A stretch of DNA of 63,435 bases, the filler included, from Aduncisulcus paluster (Eukaryota), in NCBI GenBank assembly GCA_024181965.1. It is 6 parts of 6 records of this genome, joined end to end, with 100 filler letters (N's around TTAATTAATTAA, not from the genome) between each part and the next. Parts side by side here need not be neighbours in the genome. Positions count along the whole stretch, not along the records: positions 1 to 7,559 come from BQXS01012688.1; positions 7,660 to 26,895 come from BQXS01012689.1; 4 more parts are not named here. One strand, 5' to 3'. Numbering within the stretch: position 1 is the stretch's first letter; each line of letters begins with the position of its first letter. The position numbers and the translations under genes were made by a program. Shown here in pieces: positions 1-13,363 of this stretch. The notes under the pieces were generated by a model. It saw nothing but the letters and a program-made list of their open reading frames with translations. It was not told the origin of the DNA and made no database searches.

Positions 1-1164
1 AATAATCTTCTTTATGTATATCAGGAGATCCTTGTCATTTTCCCTAAAAATGTTGTAATTCACGTTGGATATTTTGCTCATGATGTTTTTTCTCTTATAT
101 TCCAGTATTTAATATGTATCCATGAAGATTCAAAGGACAAAAAATGTGTTACTGGTATTGATATATTATTCGCCATAACTACCCGAAGCATCTCCGATAC
201 CAGTCAAACAGCGATGAATGATCGTGAAATATATAAAACTAACCTATTTAGCATCCTTATGACACTCTGTAATTTCATTAATCCCACCGTGTTGATACGT
301 GATAAACATGCCATCCATTGTGCTGCACTTTTACTTATTAGAACCATAGTCCAGAAGCATTTCATTTATATTCTTGGACAGACTCAATTTAAAGCTCTTT
401 CCACGACTGGACAGAAACTTATAACCTCCCAAATGCCAACTCTATTCATGTTAACAGAATCTCTTGCTTCTCAGTTTGTTTTAAGGAGAAAACGTTCGGT
501 ATCTGGTTCCAAATCATCATTAATTCAACGAGATCCCTTTAACACACAACTATTGTCCATTTTAATTTCTCTATTATTCTCTTTCTTCTTCCAAAAGAAT
601 CAATCAAGAGCTCATATTATTTTGGCTTCAATATTACCATTTCTGAAGGATAAACAACTAATTGCACAATTATATAGCCTCTGTGTGTGGATGCCTTCCA
701 TGAAAATTGTTTTAATCGATTGTTTAAGCCATTCTTCCTCTTCCTCTTCCTCCTCTTCTTCCTCTTCCTCTTCCTCTTCCTCTTCTTCTATTTGTATTGT
801 CGATTTTACAAAGGTTAAGAAATATATTTATGGAAATAGTAACATGTGTAATATTTTATTGAAAGAAATTGATGATATTTTTGCATTACCGTTTTCAAAA
901 TTCTTGGATTATTTTGGTACTACAAATCCTATAAAACAAATACAATCAGATTTAAAGGGAAAGAAAGCAAGAGAAGGAAGATCAAAGATCGGGATACCAT
1001 CAAGTACTGTATCTGATTTTGATTACAAATTGTTTCTCAATTCATATTCTAAAAATATACGATCTGATTACCCATCCATCAAACGAATCATAACATTGTT
1101 ATTCGCTATATGTGATGGATATCTTATAAATTGCCCTGAAGCTTCATCTTCATCTTCTTCCTCT

Positions 1165-1196
<32 letters not shown>

Positions 1197-1341
1197 TTCT
1201 TCTTCTTCTTCACTCTCTGCTCCTTCAGCTTCTTCTTCTGCAAGTTTCTCAAATTCTATATTTAAAGTTCTCACAACATCTATTTATAGAATATTTATAT
1301 TTATCCTACAACTCAGCGAACAATATAACAACAACAATAAC

Positions 1342-1375
<34 letters not shown>

Positions 1376-4300
1376 TACAGGCTCAAACCGATTCTATTTT
1401 TGGATATTTGATTTATGAACTTTCATATTTCCCGGCCAGAGTGACTGCTTTCACAAACAGTATGTCAAATGTTGGTCATTTAGAGTATTATCAGCTTTTA
1501 TGGATGATATCTTCATTTTCTTTCATCAACCAAGCAGAAAAGTCAAGGATTTTCAATGATGTTCTTTTGAGTTCTATTTTAAGACAACTCGGTGTCATTG
1601 TTCGAATTTCTAAAAGGGTTGAACAACCAACTGAAGTTAAAGAATCGTATATTTTGGTTGCTATTTTATTTAATTTATCATTCGTTTGCTTATCCTCTTC
1701 CTCTTCCTCTTCCTCTTCCTCTTCCACTTCCTCTCCTTCTTCTTCTTCTTCTTTTTCCTCATCCTTGGCACCGAAAATTCTAAAATTAGTAATCCGTTTG
1801 GGTCTTTTTACTCCATTTTTAGAACATCCATTGACACAAAGGGTTCTTGAAGGGATATATTGGGGAGGATCAGAGTCTGTCAAATCTATTTTTAGAAAAG
1901 AACTTGTTCGTTCGGCTATTTATATCACTTCTGAGAAAGTTAAATCTTCTGAGAAAGTTAAATCTTTGTCAAAACAACTGACAAACCTTGATCATGAGCT
2001 TTCAATTGTTCACGAAGTTGAAGAGTTAGATTTAGAAAGTTTTAAAAGTCAAGATTTGTCTTTGCCATTTTTATCTTATCCATTGGCAGTAATTTGTCTC
2101 GAATCGAAGAAATTATCATACATTTTGAAAGAATACCAAGAATATAATAATACCGATTTTAAACGTAATATTCTCAAAATTCAAACGAAAGAAGAAGCTG
2201 AAAATGGGAAGGAAGGTATTCATACAATTTCTTCATCAGTTTCATATTTCCAAGCTCTATTTTTAGAAATTGTACATATTTTGAGATTATTTCATTCGTC
2301 ACCGATTATAACATCAACTTTCTCACATTATAAATCAATTCATTCAGTTTTAATGCAATGTATGGTAATTAACAAATATTATCATTGTTCTGACGATCTT
2401 TCCTCTAATCCTTATTCTCTCTTCTTCTTCTTGTTCTGCTTTCTCAAATTCGATTTTCCTTTCTACGTGTCAATATGTGTGTCAAAATAGTTTAACAATT
2501 CATTTTTCTTTATTCTTTTCTCTTTTACGTTTGTTTTCTCCATATTTAATGTATTTATCAAGCAATCTATACACCATTTCAAGTTCAGATCTAATTCCCT
2601 TGTTTTCTCTTTCTCTCTCCTCCTCCTCTTCTTTCTTCTTCTTCTTCTTCTTCTTCTTCTCAAAAATCTATAAATAGAACAAATTCTTTTGGAACAATGA
2701 ATAACAATAATAGTGATTTTAATATTGCTCAGGTTATTATTTCATACCAGGGATTAAATTATCTCATAGAACACACTAAAAATAGATCATGTTCTAAAAA
2801 TAGATTGGTATCTTCTTCAACTTTATCCTCAGCGATCGGTGATAAAATTAAAGACGTAGATCACAAAGTAGAAAGAGTAAGAGAATCCTCAATTTCTTAT
2901 GATGATATTGAATCATTGGAATTCAAGATCCATCCAAAATTACGGTTTAACACCTCAAACTTTATCCCACCCTTTATTTTCTTATTGCCAATCTCCACAA
3001 TTAAAAACACTGAATTTATATTTGAAAATGTATTTCTTAAATTGCAACAATCTTCACACCGTTATTCCCATTCCTCACTCGGTTTGTATTCTAAAAATAG
3101 AATTCCAATGAGAACAATGTGTCCCCATCGTATCATTTCCTCTCCTTCTTCTCTTCCTTCTTCTCAACCTTTGAAAAGAAGATTTAGTTCTGCTTTAGAT
3201 TCACCAGAACATTCTTCTTCCCAACCTGTCAATTATATCAATATCAAAAATACTTTCTCAAGTTCTTCCTCGTGTTCCTCAAATTCTTCTTCTCGAAAAA
3301 TAATTGACTTAACTCCAATTGAAATACTTCATCTGTTCAATAGTAAGTTTGGTTCATCGTTCTCTTTATCATTACTTTCTCAAGATATACCTATTTTTAG
3401 AACTCTTTCTTCTCAATCCCCTACAAACCACACATCCTCAAGCAAAGAAAAAGGAGATGAATGTCCATTTCCTCGTGAAATATCCATGGTTAATTTAATT
3501 ATCATATCAAATATCATACAAAGGTTGGAGAGATTGGCACTTTTTGAGGAATGGTTTGATGAACATTTGGGAAGGAAAAGGATTAAATCGGTGTTTGAAA
3601 GTGTTACATTGAAAAATACATCAAATAATAATAATAATCTGAATAACGGTAATTTTAATACAGAAGGCTGTTATTCTGAAGACAAGAGTTCAAAAATAGT
3701 ACCATCTCTTTCTCAGAAATCTATTTTTAGTCATAATAATATTAGGGCTCCTAATAACGTTGTTGACGAATATCAATATGATTGTATTCAAGAGTCTCTG
3801 ACAATTATTCCTCCTCATTCATTCTATTTCCATCCCCTTCTTCTCTCTCCAGTGTCTGATTCTTGTTCTATTTATAGATATCAAAGGTACAACATGTTAA
3901 ATGATGATGAAGGAAAGTTGATAGAAATAGACAGAGAAGAAGGAAGAGAAGGAAGAGAAGGAAGAGAAGAAGAGGAAGAAGAGGAAGGAGAAATTGGTCG
4001 AGACAAAGAGAGAGACAAAAAGAGAGAAAGAGAGAGAGAAAGAGAGAAATCAAAAGAACCCCAAGAAGATATTACTGATGATATCATCAAGAAAAGCGAT
4101 ATAGAGGAGGACGTGCATGAACTATGTTCCAATTCAATGGCTATAAACAGTCTTTCACAGCCACAAACTTGTCTAATGCCATCAATACAGCATGTTGAAG
4201 AAAACTTGGAAAAACTTGTAATGTTTCTTGAAACAAAATCCAATGAATATCTTTCTCTTAAAAGATCGATAAATCAAAGAAATAATTCTGTTTTGGAAGA

Positions 4301-5115
4301 AACAAAGAGGAAGAGAATTGAAGAAGCGAAGGGAATGAAAGAAAAAGAAGAAAAAAGGAAAGAAGAGGAAGAAGAGGAAGAAGAAGAAAAGGAGGAGGTT
4401 GAAATTGTTCAAATTGAAGGCTCTCCTACTCAACTTTTACATCATGCAATCTCCTCATCTAAACAAGAAGATCAAGGACTAGAAAGTAATGCTACACCCA
4501 CTATTGGTGTTTCTCATCCGTCTATTTATAGCTCAACGGCAGATATATCTATTCATGATCAATCTAGTACATTACTCCCTATTCCAGAACCTTCTCACAT
4601 CTTATTATCTCTAATTATAGCATGTATTCGTGCTTGTATTGTACACAAACCATCCTTAATATCCAAGCTATCTGTTAATTTACTTCATATGCTACCCAAT
4701 TTACCAGCTATTCCTATGGAGGATGATACTTATATTGTTCAATCAGATATTGACATCCCACTGATTACTCAAATCGGAGATATATTATGTGGTCAATGCA
4801 AAAAATATGGAATTGAAAAGGAAGAAAGGGGAATAAGAAAAGAAGGAAAGAAAGAAGAAGAAAATAGAAAAACTACAATCCAAACTTCTTCCTCCTCTTC
4901 CTCTTCTTCTTCTTCTTCTTCTTTCAATGGATCTCAAGATATACCAAAGAAATTACAATTTAAATCATCTAAATCATCTAAAGCAGGAACCAGTCAACTT
5001 GCCATTGGTGCTATCCCAAAAAATATCAGTAATTACAATACCAACAGTAACAAAGGGTGGGAATTAATGTCTCATGTGTTCTTTTTCTCTTCTTATATTC
5101 CTGTTTTATTCTCTC

Positions 5116-5149
<34 letters not shown>

Positions 5150-7559
5150 CTCCTCCTCTTCCTTTTCTTCATTTCCTTCAATTAAATCTTGGAGTGAAGA
5201 GTATGAAAAGTTTATCACAAGTGGTGGCAAAAAAACACTAATACATGAACAAGAACTACAATATGAAATCAGCAGCTGTAGCGGTATTAAGAAGAAGAAA
5301 ACATCATCAAAACAACAAGAGTTACTCAAAATATCTAAAAATAGATTGTGTGATATTGTTTCTCGTGATGTTTGCACCGAATATGAAGGAGATATACGGC
5401 GAATAAGGAGAAAATATGGGTTTGGAAATGCTGAATATCAAGCTAAACAGAGGCATTTGAGAATGATGTTTATTGAAACATCACCAACAACAGATTCTAG
5501 TGGTTCTGAACGTTCATCCACAACCACTAGCTCCACATGTAGAAGTAGTAGTAACCTCCATCAAGATGATTTGAGAAAGATTAATTCTATTTCTGACATG
5601 AATGGGTATTTTAATTCCATGGAAATAGCTTCGAATGTTATTAATGTTGTTTCAACAATCAATAACAGTAGTTGTAAAGCTAAGAATAATAGGGCAAAGA
5701 GTAATTTCTTGAATATTCAAGCTTGTGCAACTCTTGTTGCATGCGCTATTTCGTTAAATGATCAATCTTTGGAAGAATTTAACCATATTATATTGTATTT
5801 GGATGGAAATGTTCTGTTACAATGTATTGTCATCGAGTTTCTCACTTCTAAATTTAGACCTCTTCTTATTCCTCTATTTTGTGATATTGTTGACCAATTC
5901 CCGCAATCTTTTGCTTTTTCTTGTGATCTTGAAATTGTATTTACGAAATGGATTTCATATATCCCCATGAAAACCAAGAAACTTATTTGTCATTTGTTTT
6001 ACAATACTTTTATAAGGTATTCTACAACAAAATCTTCAACTTTCCTTTCTTTCCGCTCATCCTCCCAAGAAAAAGAAGAGAGAGAGAAGAGAGAGAGAGA
6101 GAAGAGAGAAAGAGAAAGAGGAGGAGAAATTTGTTCCTCAACTCTGATTTCTGCTTATCTTTCTCTTTGTATCGAATGCAATGAAGACGAAAGAGCTTTT
6201 GTTTTGTTATCGAATAATATTAAACAAATATTATATGTTGAAGATATTCATATGGCAAAAACATTAAAAATATTGTTCTCAAGAGGTGCAAAGAGATCTA
6301 TTTTTAGAATTGAGAAGAATCTTCCCACTGATGATACTATGTCTATTTTTGGAAAAGATGAAGAAGAAAAGGATGGAGAAATAGCAACGAAACGAACTTC
6401 CACTTCTTGTTATTCGAATGCTAAATCATTATTTATTCTCTTTCGAACAATGTTTCGAGAATGCCGATCTTCTTCCTCTTCTTCTTCCTCTTCCTCTTCC
6501 TCTTCCTTTTCTTCCTCTTCTAATTCAGATTTTTCTAATTTATATAATATTTGTTCAATTTGTGCTTGTTCTTTCTTGAAAGTAGCTCTTGAATATTCAA
6601 GAAATATTATAAAAGAAGAGAAAGAGCGAGAGAAAGAGATAAGAAATGTTTTCAAAATATTGTTTAATGATACCTTTTTGATGGCCTTTCAGTTGATTAT
6701 ATTTATTTCCAATCAAAAAATCGCTTCCTCTTCCTCCTTTTCTTCTTCTTCCTCTTCTTCTTCTTCCTCTTCTTCTTCTTCTTCCTCACTCGCATCTCCA
6801 TATGAAGATATCGCTGAAAATGATCACACTGATTCTAAATATAGACCAAGAACACACGAAGAATCAATCGTTGGTGCAGATTTAATGAGGCAAGGGAAGA
6901 AAATATCTAATACAGATCACAACAACCATTCTTCTGATCCTATTTTTAGTTGTTACTCAACGATTAATGTTATAACTAAGTTCTATTTTTGGATATATGA
7001 GAATATGACTGAACTATTTTTATATCTTGAGAATGATGGAAAAGAATTTATCATATCATCATCCAAAGATCCTTCTTCTTCTTCTTCTTCTTCTTTACGA
7101 AAAGAGAAAAGTAAGGAATCTTTGAAGTCAAAGGATTCAAAATATAAATATTATACATTCTCTTCGAAACAATTTGGATTTTTTGTTTTAAAAATTATTT
7201 CATTATCTTTCCAATTTTCGAATAATTTATTCAATTTTCTTGTGGCTCACGATAAACGATTGTATCCACAAGGAGTGAGTTCTAGTGTTTTATTCCTTCA
7301 CTTGTGCAGCGCTTTCATCAATTCTCTGAGGTTTCAGCATGAAGAAAATGTCATAAAATTGAAGAGAATTGATGTGATCGAAGAGTCCTCATCTTCAAAA
7401 AACCTGACTTTATCAAGATTTATTCAAGCTTCTTCTGCATCAGCATCTTCTTCTTCTTCTCACAATCCAAAAATAGCACTCTCATTGTCAACAAAAAATC
7501 TTCAGACTCCACTGACATCAGGAGTTGCCTCATATGGTTCTATTTTTAGTCACTCAACC
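1..7559 (+). CDS. Very large (>2500 aa) uncharacterised protein with poly-Ser/Asn/Glu tracts; partial at both ends; probably one gene with two +1 frameshifts (~2419, ~2632)
   Basis: The frame of ORF 214..2490 is open from base 1. At ~2419 protein-like sequence continues in the next frame (SSSCSAFSNSIFLSTCQYVCQNS, frame of ORF 2477..2677). At ~2632, in a TCT run, it shifts again into the frame of 2697..7559 (SSSQKSINRTNSFGTMNNN). Runs into the linker. No family recognised. Confidence 0.6.
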
Positions 7560-7659
7560 NNNNNNNNNNNNNNNNNNNNNNNNNNNNNNNNNNNNNNNNN
7601 NNNTTAATTAATTAANNNNNNNNNNNNNNNNNNNNNNNNNNNNNNNNNNNNNNNNNNNN
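7560..7659. other. Artificial contig-joining linker (44N + TTAATTAATTAA + 44N)
   Basis: 100-bp N spacer with a core giving stops in all six frames; repeated identically at 26896, 31548, 48458 and 59934. Confidence 0.97.
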
Positions 7660-10600
7660 GTTGTACCCTTTACAGACTCGTCTGTTGTGGATTCATTTGA
7701 AGTCAGTTGCATGCTCTCGTCAATGGAACTGTCTGACAATGGTATGATTGACGATCTTGAAACGATGTGCGTTCGTACGTTTGATAAATGTTGGAAACGT
7801 TTACTACAAGAAGCTAGAGATTGTGATGTGATGATATCTTCAAAAGTCTTAAAATCAGCATCGTCTGCCGTACAATACGGTATAAAACAACACTTGCAGA
7901 CGCAGAAGATAGATGAGAAAGATTCAGAGCTTTCAGAAGAATCAGAAGAAGAAGACTTGGAGAAGGATTCAGATCAGGAGAGATATACTTATGAAGATGA
8001 AGAAGAAGAGGAGATGATTTCGGTGTCACTGATGGGTTCTTTCCTCATTATGTGTGATTTCAAACCCATTGTTGAATCCCTTAAGAGATTTCAAATGATT
8101 GATACCCATTTCGAACATGTGTACATCATCAAACGTTTGTTAGAAAGTAAGGTTCACCTTTGTTTGAAGTATCAATTGTCCATCCAACGGACCCTCATTC
8201 AAGCTTTTCAGCATCAGCCAATCGTTACAGTTGCCCCCCAACCTCTCCATTCTATTGATCCGAAGAGTATTGTGGGATTGTTCAAGGATTTCGTTCAAAT
8301 GGACATTTCACATGAAGAGGAGGAGGACGATCCAGATAGCAGAGATATTGGTGGAGGTGGACAAGAGCTCAGGAAATTGTTTGAAGGTGATGAAGAATAC
8401 AGAAATGATCGTTTTGAATTTATCAGAAACCGGGATATTATTCGTCTTGAGTTGGATAATTTGGCTAAAACAGATGGCTATCACATCCTAATGCGATTCC
8501 TCACTGCTTATTCGACCTTATTCCTATGTTCCCATACCATACACCCTTTATTGTACTATCTCATGCGCTGCAGAGAACCTGGCGTTATCATTGACTCGTA
8601 TAAATACGGCTCTCTCTTCATGACATATAAGAGTTGGAAGAATTCTGTGGAGACTATACCTTCATATTGGGAAAAGCATAATTCATTTATATTGTTTCAA
8701 CAATTAAAGAAACTCATTGAGAAACGACTGATTGATCACTTTAAAGCGAAAGGAAAGGACCTTACAAGCAGCTTTTTCCCACATTGCTCTCTGGAACTCC
8801 CACTTATAGGCACTAATCCTCACTTCCTTGGGGTTAAACATTTGACTCAACCCATTGAAAAATTGTTGGAGGAGAGATTCTGTGGAACACGTGACATCGA
8901 TAAGCTTTCGAAAATGAGTAAGACTGATCACAAACCTTTAATTGGTGCCTTATTGCACTATGAAAAAACATTGGTGTATCGACTTATGGAGAAAACAGCC
9001 CTGAAAAAAATCGATATTCCTCCATTTTCTGGTGAAGATGAGGCTGAGGCAGAGCTTGAGGTACATTCTTCTCACCATCACACTGATTCTAAATTTAGCA
9101 AAGAGTTTGTCTATTCGTATATTCCTATGGATAAGTTTTTATGTGAGTTTCCTGAGAACAATTATGAGTTTTTATGGATCAAGTTATTGATGGTTGAGAG
9201 TCGAGTTTTGAAATATGACCAACAAAAGTTTTATCGAGTCAATTCTATTCGGAAAAAAATGATGGACCAAGAGAAACGCCGAGTAATGAACCTCAAACAA
9301 GCCACCACAAAGTCATATCCCCCTATAAAAGAGCCTGAGTTGCCAAGCCCAGAGAGAATCAAGAGAATCGAAAAAATTGTTGCCGAGTATTCTATTTCTA
9401 ATCGTGAAAAGGGTGTGGATATGAACATTGTTGAAATTTTGGCTGCAATAGAGATGGACGTCGACCATATTCTTTCACTGTGCCCCGTATATATCATCTC
9501 TACACTCCAAACAATGGGTCTCAACTCCCCTCTCGGAATGACTACTCTCATTGATGACGTTGTAATCAAGTCTTTACACGCCCGTAATCCTGACTTGGTG
9601 TTGCTGGAACATGCCAACCCCATTCGTTCCAAAGTTGCATCCTCCAAGTCCCATCCGCCACAACCAAAGACCAGACCGTTGTTTACTTCTCCGTATGGAT
9701 CCTACCATCCAGAATCTGATTTACCTTCCATCAGCTCTATTATTCAGTCCACAAGGGGAGACGGCGACGGGATTGATCGTTATCCTGCCATGAATCGTGA
9801 TTCTTCCTCCTCCTCTCATCCGGACAGTCCGCTTCTTGATGACTACCGTGGCGAACGATTGGTGACCACCGGCGTGAAGAAAGTCACCTTTTTCTTCTTC
9901 TTCTTCGTCCGATTCGTCTGTTTCCACGAGTAGAAAAGATTCTAGCCGTCCTCCAAGCTTCATGTTGCTTCGACCTGAAACCGATTCGTTCTCTTCATTT
10001 TCCCACCTCTCGACATTGTATCACCTCGATAATATTCGGTCCCTCTTCCTCTACCTCTCGACCAATTCACGACTGAGGTCCTGTTTTTACTATTCATCTC
10101 AAAAGATACCCACAATGCAGCCTATTATGTGCTCTGACTTGGCCTCTGCCGCAACGCCCATCAAAGGTGTCGCTGATCCCGTGTTCCCTGTATCATCATC
10201 TCCTGTTTCATCCTTTGTTACTGACGAACAGTTCTCCTTTTTTGTTGAATTACTGGCATATGGAGGTATCCAACTCTTCAAGGATGAGTCTGGAGAGCTC
10301 GATAGGAATGAATACATTTATAAGACAATGAAGGGATTACGATCCGTGTTTATGGAATATCTCACTGTTATAAACTCGAAGAAAACGAAAGATGCCATGG
10401 TCATCAGACCTGGTTCTGTCCCATCTCCTGCCACTGCTTCTTCTCCCAAACTACAAGCTGAAGAGTATTCTGCAACTTACGATTACCATGTAATTGGTGC
10501 AATGAAACGGATTGCATTCTTCCACTTGGCAAAGGATCGTATGAAAATGTTCCGTGATCACCAATCAAAATCTCCCACTTTGCCATTTTCAAAGTTACTT

Positions 10601-11335
10601 ATTGATGATCCAAAAATAACTCCAAACCCAATGAATGTTGCCAAACCTATTCAATTTATCTGGAAACAGATGATGTTCAAGATTCCACTTAGCAAAAGTG
10701 AGTATAAAGCTTTCTTCCCTGAACCTCCCTCTGTTTCAATCACGAAAACTATGAAAGATATGCGAGATATTTTCGGAAAATTCAGAGATTTGACTTTTGG
10801 TGGAATTATGGTACCTAACTTTGTTAGAGATGTTCGAGACAGCCTTCGAGATTCGTATTTCAGGATGCGTGGAACGAAAGATCGGACAAAAACCAAAGGA
10901 TCACCCAGTGAAGCGATGGATAAAACGATTCAATATGCCAAGAAAGTGTGGTGTACTGTGATGTGGGTTTGTTTGGTTTCCGTTGATCCTCTGGCGAGAC
11001 TTCGAGGTATCTGGGAACTTTGGTACGCCCATGCTTTCATTTGTGCACAAGGTGGTTATTCAAAGCGTATAACAAAGGACAATCCTGCCTGCCAACTTGG
11101 AAAGAGAGGTTTTGTGGGACCATATTGTTTTATTCATAAGAATTATGTTTGGTTTCATGAAAATCAAATGGATACCAGGTCATCACGACGGCATAGTAGT
11201 ACTTCAAAAGGACATTCTTCATCATCAAGAACTCGGCTTTCGTCATCTTCTTCAGCTTCCCATCAAATTCGTAAGACATTCCCTCAGATACCTAAACAAA
11301 CAAGATCGAGACATCCCTCACAAGGCTTAAAATGA
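7660..11335 (+). CDS. Large uncharacterised protein, 5'-partial; ORFs 7687..9933 and 9962..11335 probably joined by a +1 frameshift near 9880
   Basis: After ...TTGVKK the +1 frame reads SPFSSSSSSDSSVSTSRKDSSRPPSF straight into the ATG at 9962, while the original frame degenerates to poly-Phe. No convincing in-phase GT-AG intron found. Confidence 0.6.
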
Positions 11336-11917
11336 TTTCTAGAGCCTTTATGTTATTTATGCTTTTCTAGAAGTCTGCCAATAATTTTTTATTTTTTTAT
11401 TTTGAATTGTTGATTTTTTTTTTTTTTTACAGATGTATTTTCCTCTTAATTGTTGTGTTTAGTAGATCATCGGGTTTTGAAAATAGACATTGCCGATTCT
11501 CAAAGCCCGCTGAGTTTACTTCTCCGAGAGGAGCGTAAATAATAAGAAAAAGGTAAATAAAGTAAATTAAATAAAATAATTAAGGAATATTTTTTTTTCT
11601 ACCTTTTTTTTTTTTTTTCTTTTTTTCATCTGAATTTCGTATGTTCGAAAGATTATTTTCACTCCCGCCGGCGAGGTCAGGACTCCTGATTTCATCTGCG
11701 GCTGACTAAAACGAGATCAGCTAATTTGATCACACAATTCAATTTGTGTCACGAGCATTTTTCTTTCTACATTCTAATTAGTTTATTCATCGATATTTTT
11801 GAAGATTATTCCTTGAAATCACACAAATAATTTTCATCATCCATTTCAACGTAATTTGTTAGATAGTTCCTCTTCCATTGACTAATTCTTTATCACATAA
11901 TACAATAACTTCTAAAA

Positions 11918-13060
11918 ATGAAACTTTCTATATCTTATTTGATTATTTGCCTCAGAAACATTCTTTCCGGTTCTCAAAGGAGATTTTTGATATTTTTCTT
12001 ATTTTTTATTCCATCTATTATTTTATCTCAAGCATTACCTTCCAATAATGAAAGTGATGTAGCTTCAAATTCTAATTACCCATCTCCCCGATACTACTCT
12101 CTCCCATTAACATCTAAACTTTATGTATCCTATCTTCAGGAGCAATTAAATGAATACAGTGACGATTCAAAACCCCATTGGACTCCAGGTTATTATCGAG
12201 AATTTGCTGTTATGACCATTTTTGATGCAATGAGGCAGTTGAATAATTACATTCATCCTAAATCACCCACACGTAAAATTGATAATTTATATTCAGAAAA
12301 ACGTGCCGCATTCCCCCAATTACAATCTGATTTTCAGGTCAAGACCACTCTTCCTACCTCTTTCGATTCTCGATCAGCTTGGCCTGGTCTCATTGGTGGT
12401 GTCATTGATCAGGGACAATGTGGTTCATGTTGGGCCATCTCTGGTGCTGCTTCACTGTCAGATCGGTGTGCCATCAACCGAGGTGCCATATATGTCGATT
12501 TGAGTGCAGAGTACATCCTTGAGTGTGCCCCTAATGCCTATGGATGTGATGGCGGTTCCACCCAGAGTGCTTGGTATACCATGACATACTATGGAATCCC
12601 ATCCTCCGAGTGCGTGGAATATTCGCAATACACCCGAGACTATGACATTGTTGGATCCTGTCCATCTAGCTGTGATGATGGCTCCGAATTAACATTGACC
12701 TCTGCTTCGTCCTATTTTTATATTGATAACAATGAGAAGAGCATCGCAACTGAAATCATGCTCAACGGTCCAGTTCAAGCCACAATGGATATTTATCAGG
12801 ATTTTTACTCGTACCGTGGAGGCGTGTACGAACATGTCTCAGGATGGTACCTTGGAGCCCATGCTGTTCGTATTATCGGCTGGGGCGTCGATGATGGGAA
12901 CGTTGATGATGATGGAAATCTCAGTTCAAATGCAACCAAGTATTGGATTGTTGCTAATTCATGGGGAACTGATTGGGGTGAAGATGGATATTTCAAAATC
13001 AAAAGAGGTGACAATGAATGTAACATTGAAAGTAATTCAATGGCCGGATATTGTTCCTGA
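11918..13060 (+). CDS. Papain-family (C1A) cysteine protease, cathepsin B-like
   Basis: LPTSFDSR..WP, catalytic QGQCGSCWA, GCDGG, GPV, YRGGVY, catalytic His (GAHAVRIIGWG) and Asn (YWIVANSWGTDWGEDGYFKI). Hydrophobic N-terminal signal/anchor. No His-His occluding loop visible. Confidence 0.95.
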   Translation: MKLSISYLIICLRNILSGSQRRFLIFFLFFIPSIILSQALPSNNESDVASNSNYPSPRYYSLPLTSKLYVSYLQEQLNEYSDDSKPHWTPGYYREFAVMTIFDAMRQLNNYIHPKSPTRKIDNLYSEKRAAFPQLQSDFQVKTTLPTSFDSRSAWPGLIGGVIDQGQCGSCWAISGAASLSDRCAINRGAIYVDLSAEYILECAPNAYGCDGGSTQSAWYTMTYYGIPSSECVEYSQYTRDYDIVGSCPSSCDDGSELTLTSASSYFYIDNNEKSIATEIMLNGPVQATMDIYQDFYSYRGGVYEHVSGWYLGAHAVRIIGWGVDDGNVDDDGNLSSNATKYWIVANSWGTDWGEDGYFKIKRGDNECNIESNSMAGYCS

Positions 13061-13363
13061 TCTCTGATTTATACACTTGATCCCAAGTTCTGGGACTTTC
13101 GTAGCCCTGATCCAAATTATTCTTGGATCCTAATCTTTACAATTTTATTTTTATTCATTATTCTTCTATTACTATTCTAATTTCTGTCGTTCAAGCGAGA
13201 CCCTTTTCTCTCTTGATTTTGGATGGATTCAAATAAATTATATTGCTAAAAAATGATATTAACATCAGATATAAACCGATATCATTTAAAATAAAACCAT
13301 TTTCTGATCGATTTGATAAATTGCCAATTCTGCGAGTTTTTGCTTCAAACAAATCATAATCAT

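Noticed and set aside
2360..2677. Possible intron joining ORFs 214..2490 and 2697..7559
   Set aside because: GT donors at 2360 and 2365 are out of phase with the AG at 2677; the intervening DNA reads as protein with two +1 shifts.
7560..7659. TTAATTAATTAA palindrome within N runs (five copies)
   Set aside because: Synthetic six-frame-stop linker, not biological; gene neighbourhoods across linkers are meaningless.
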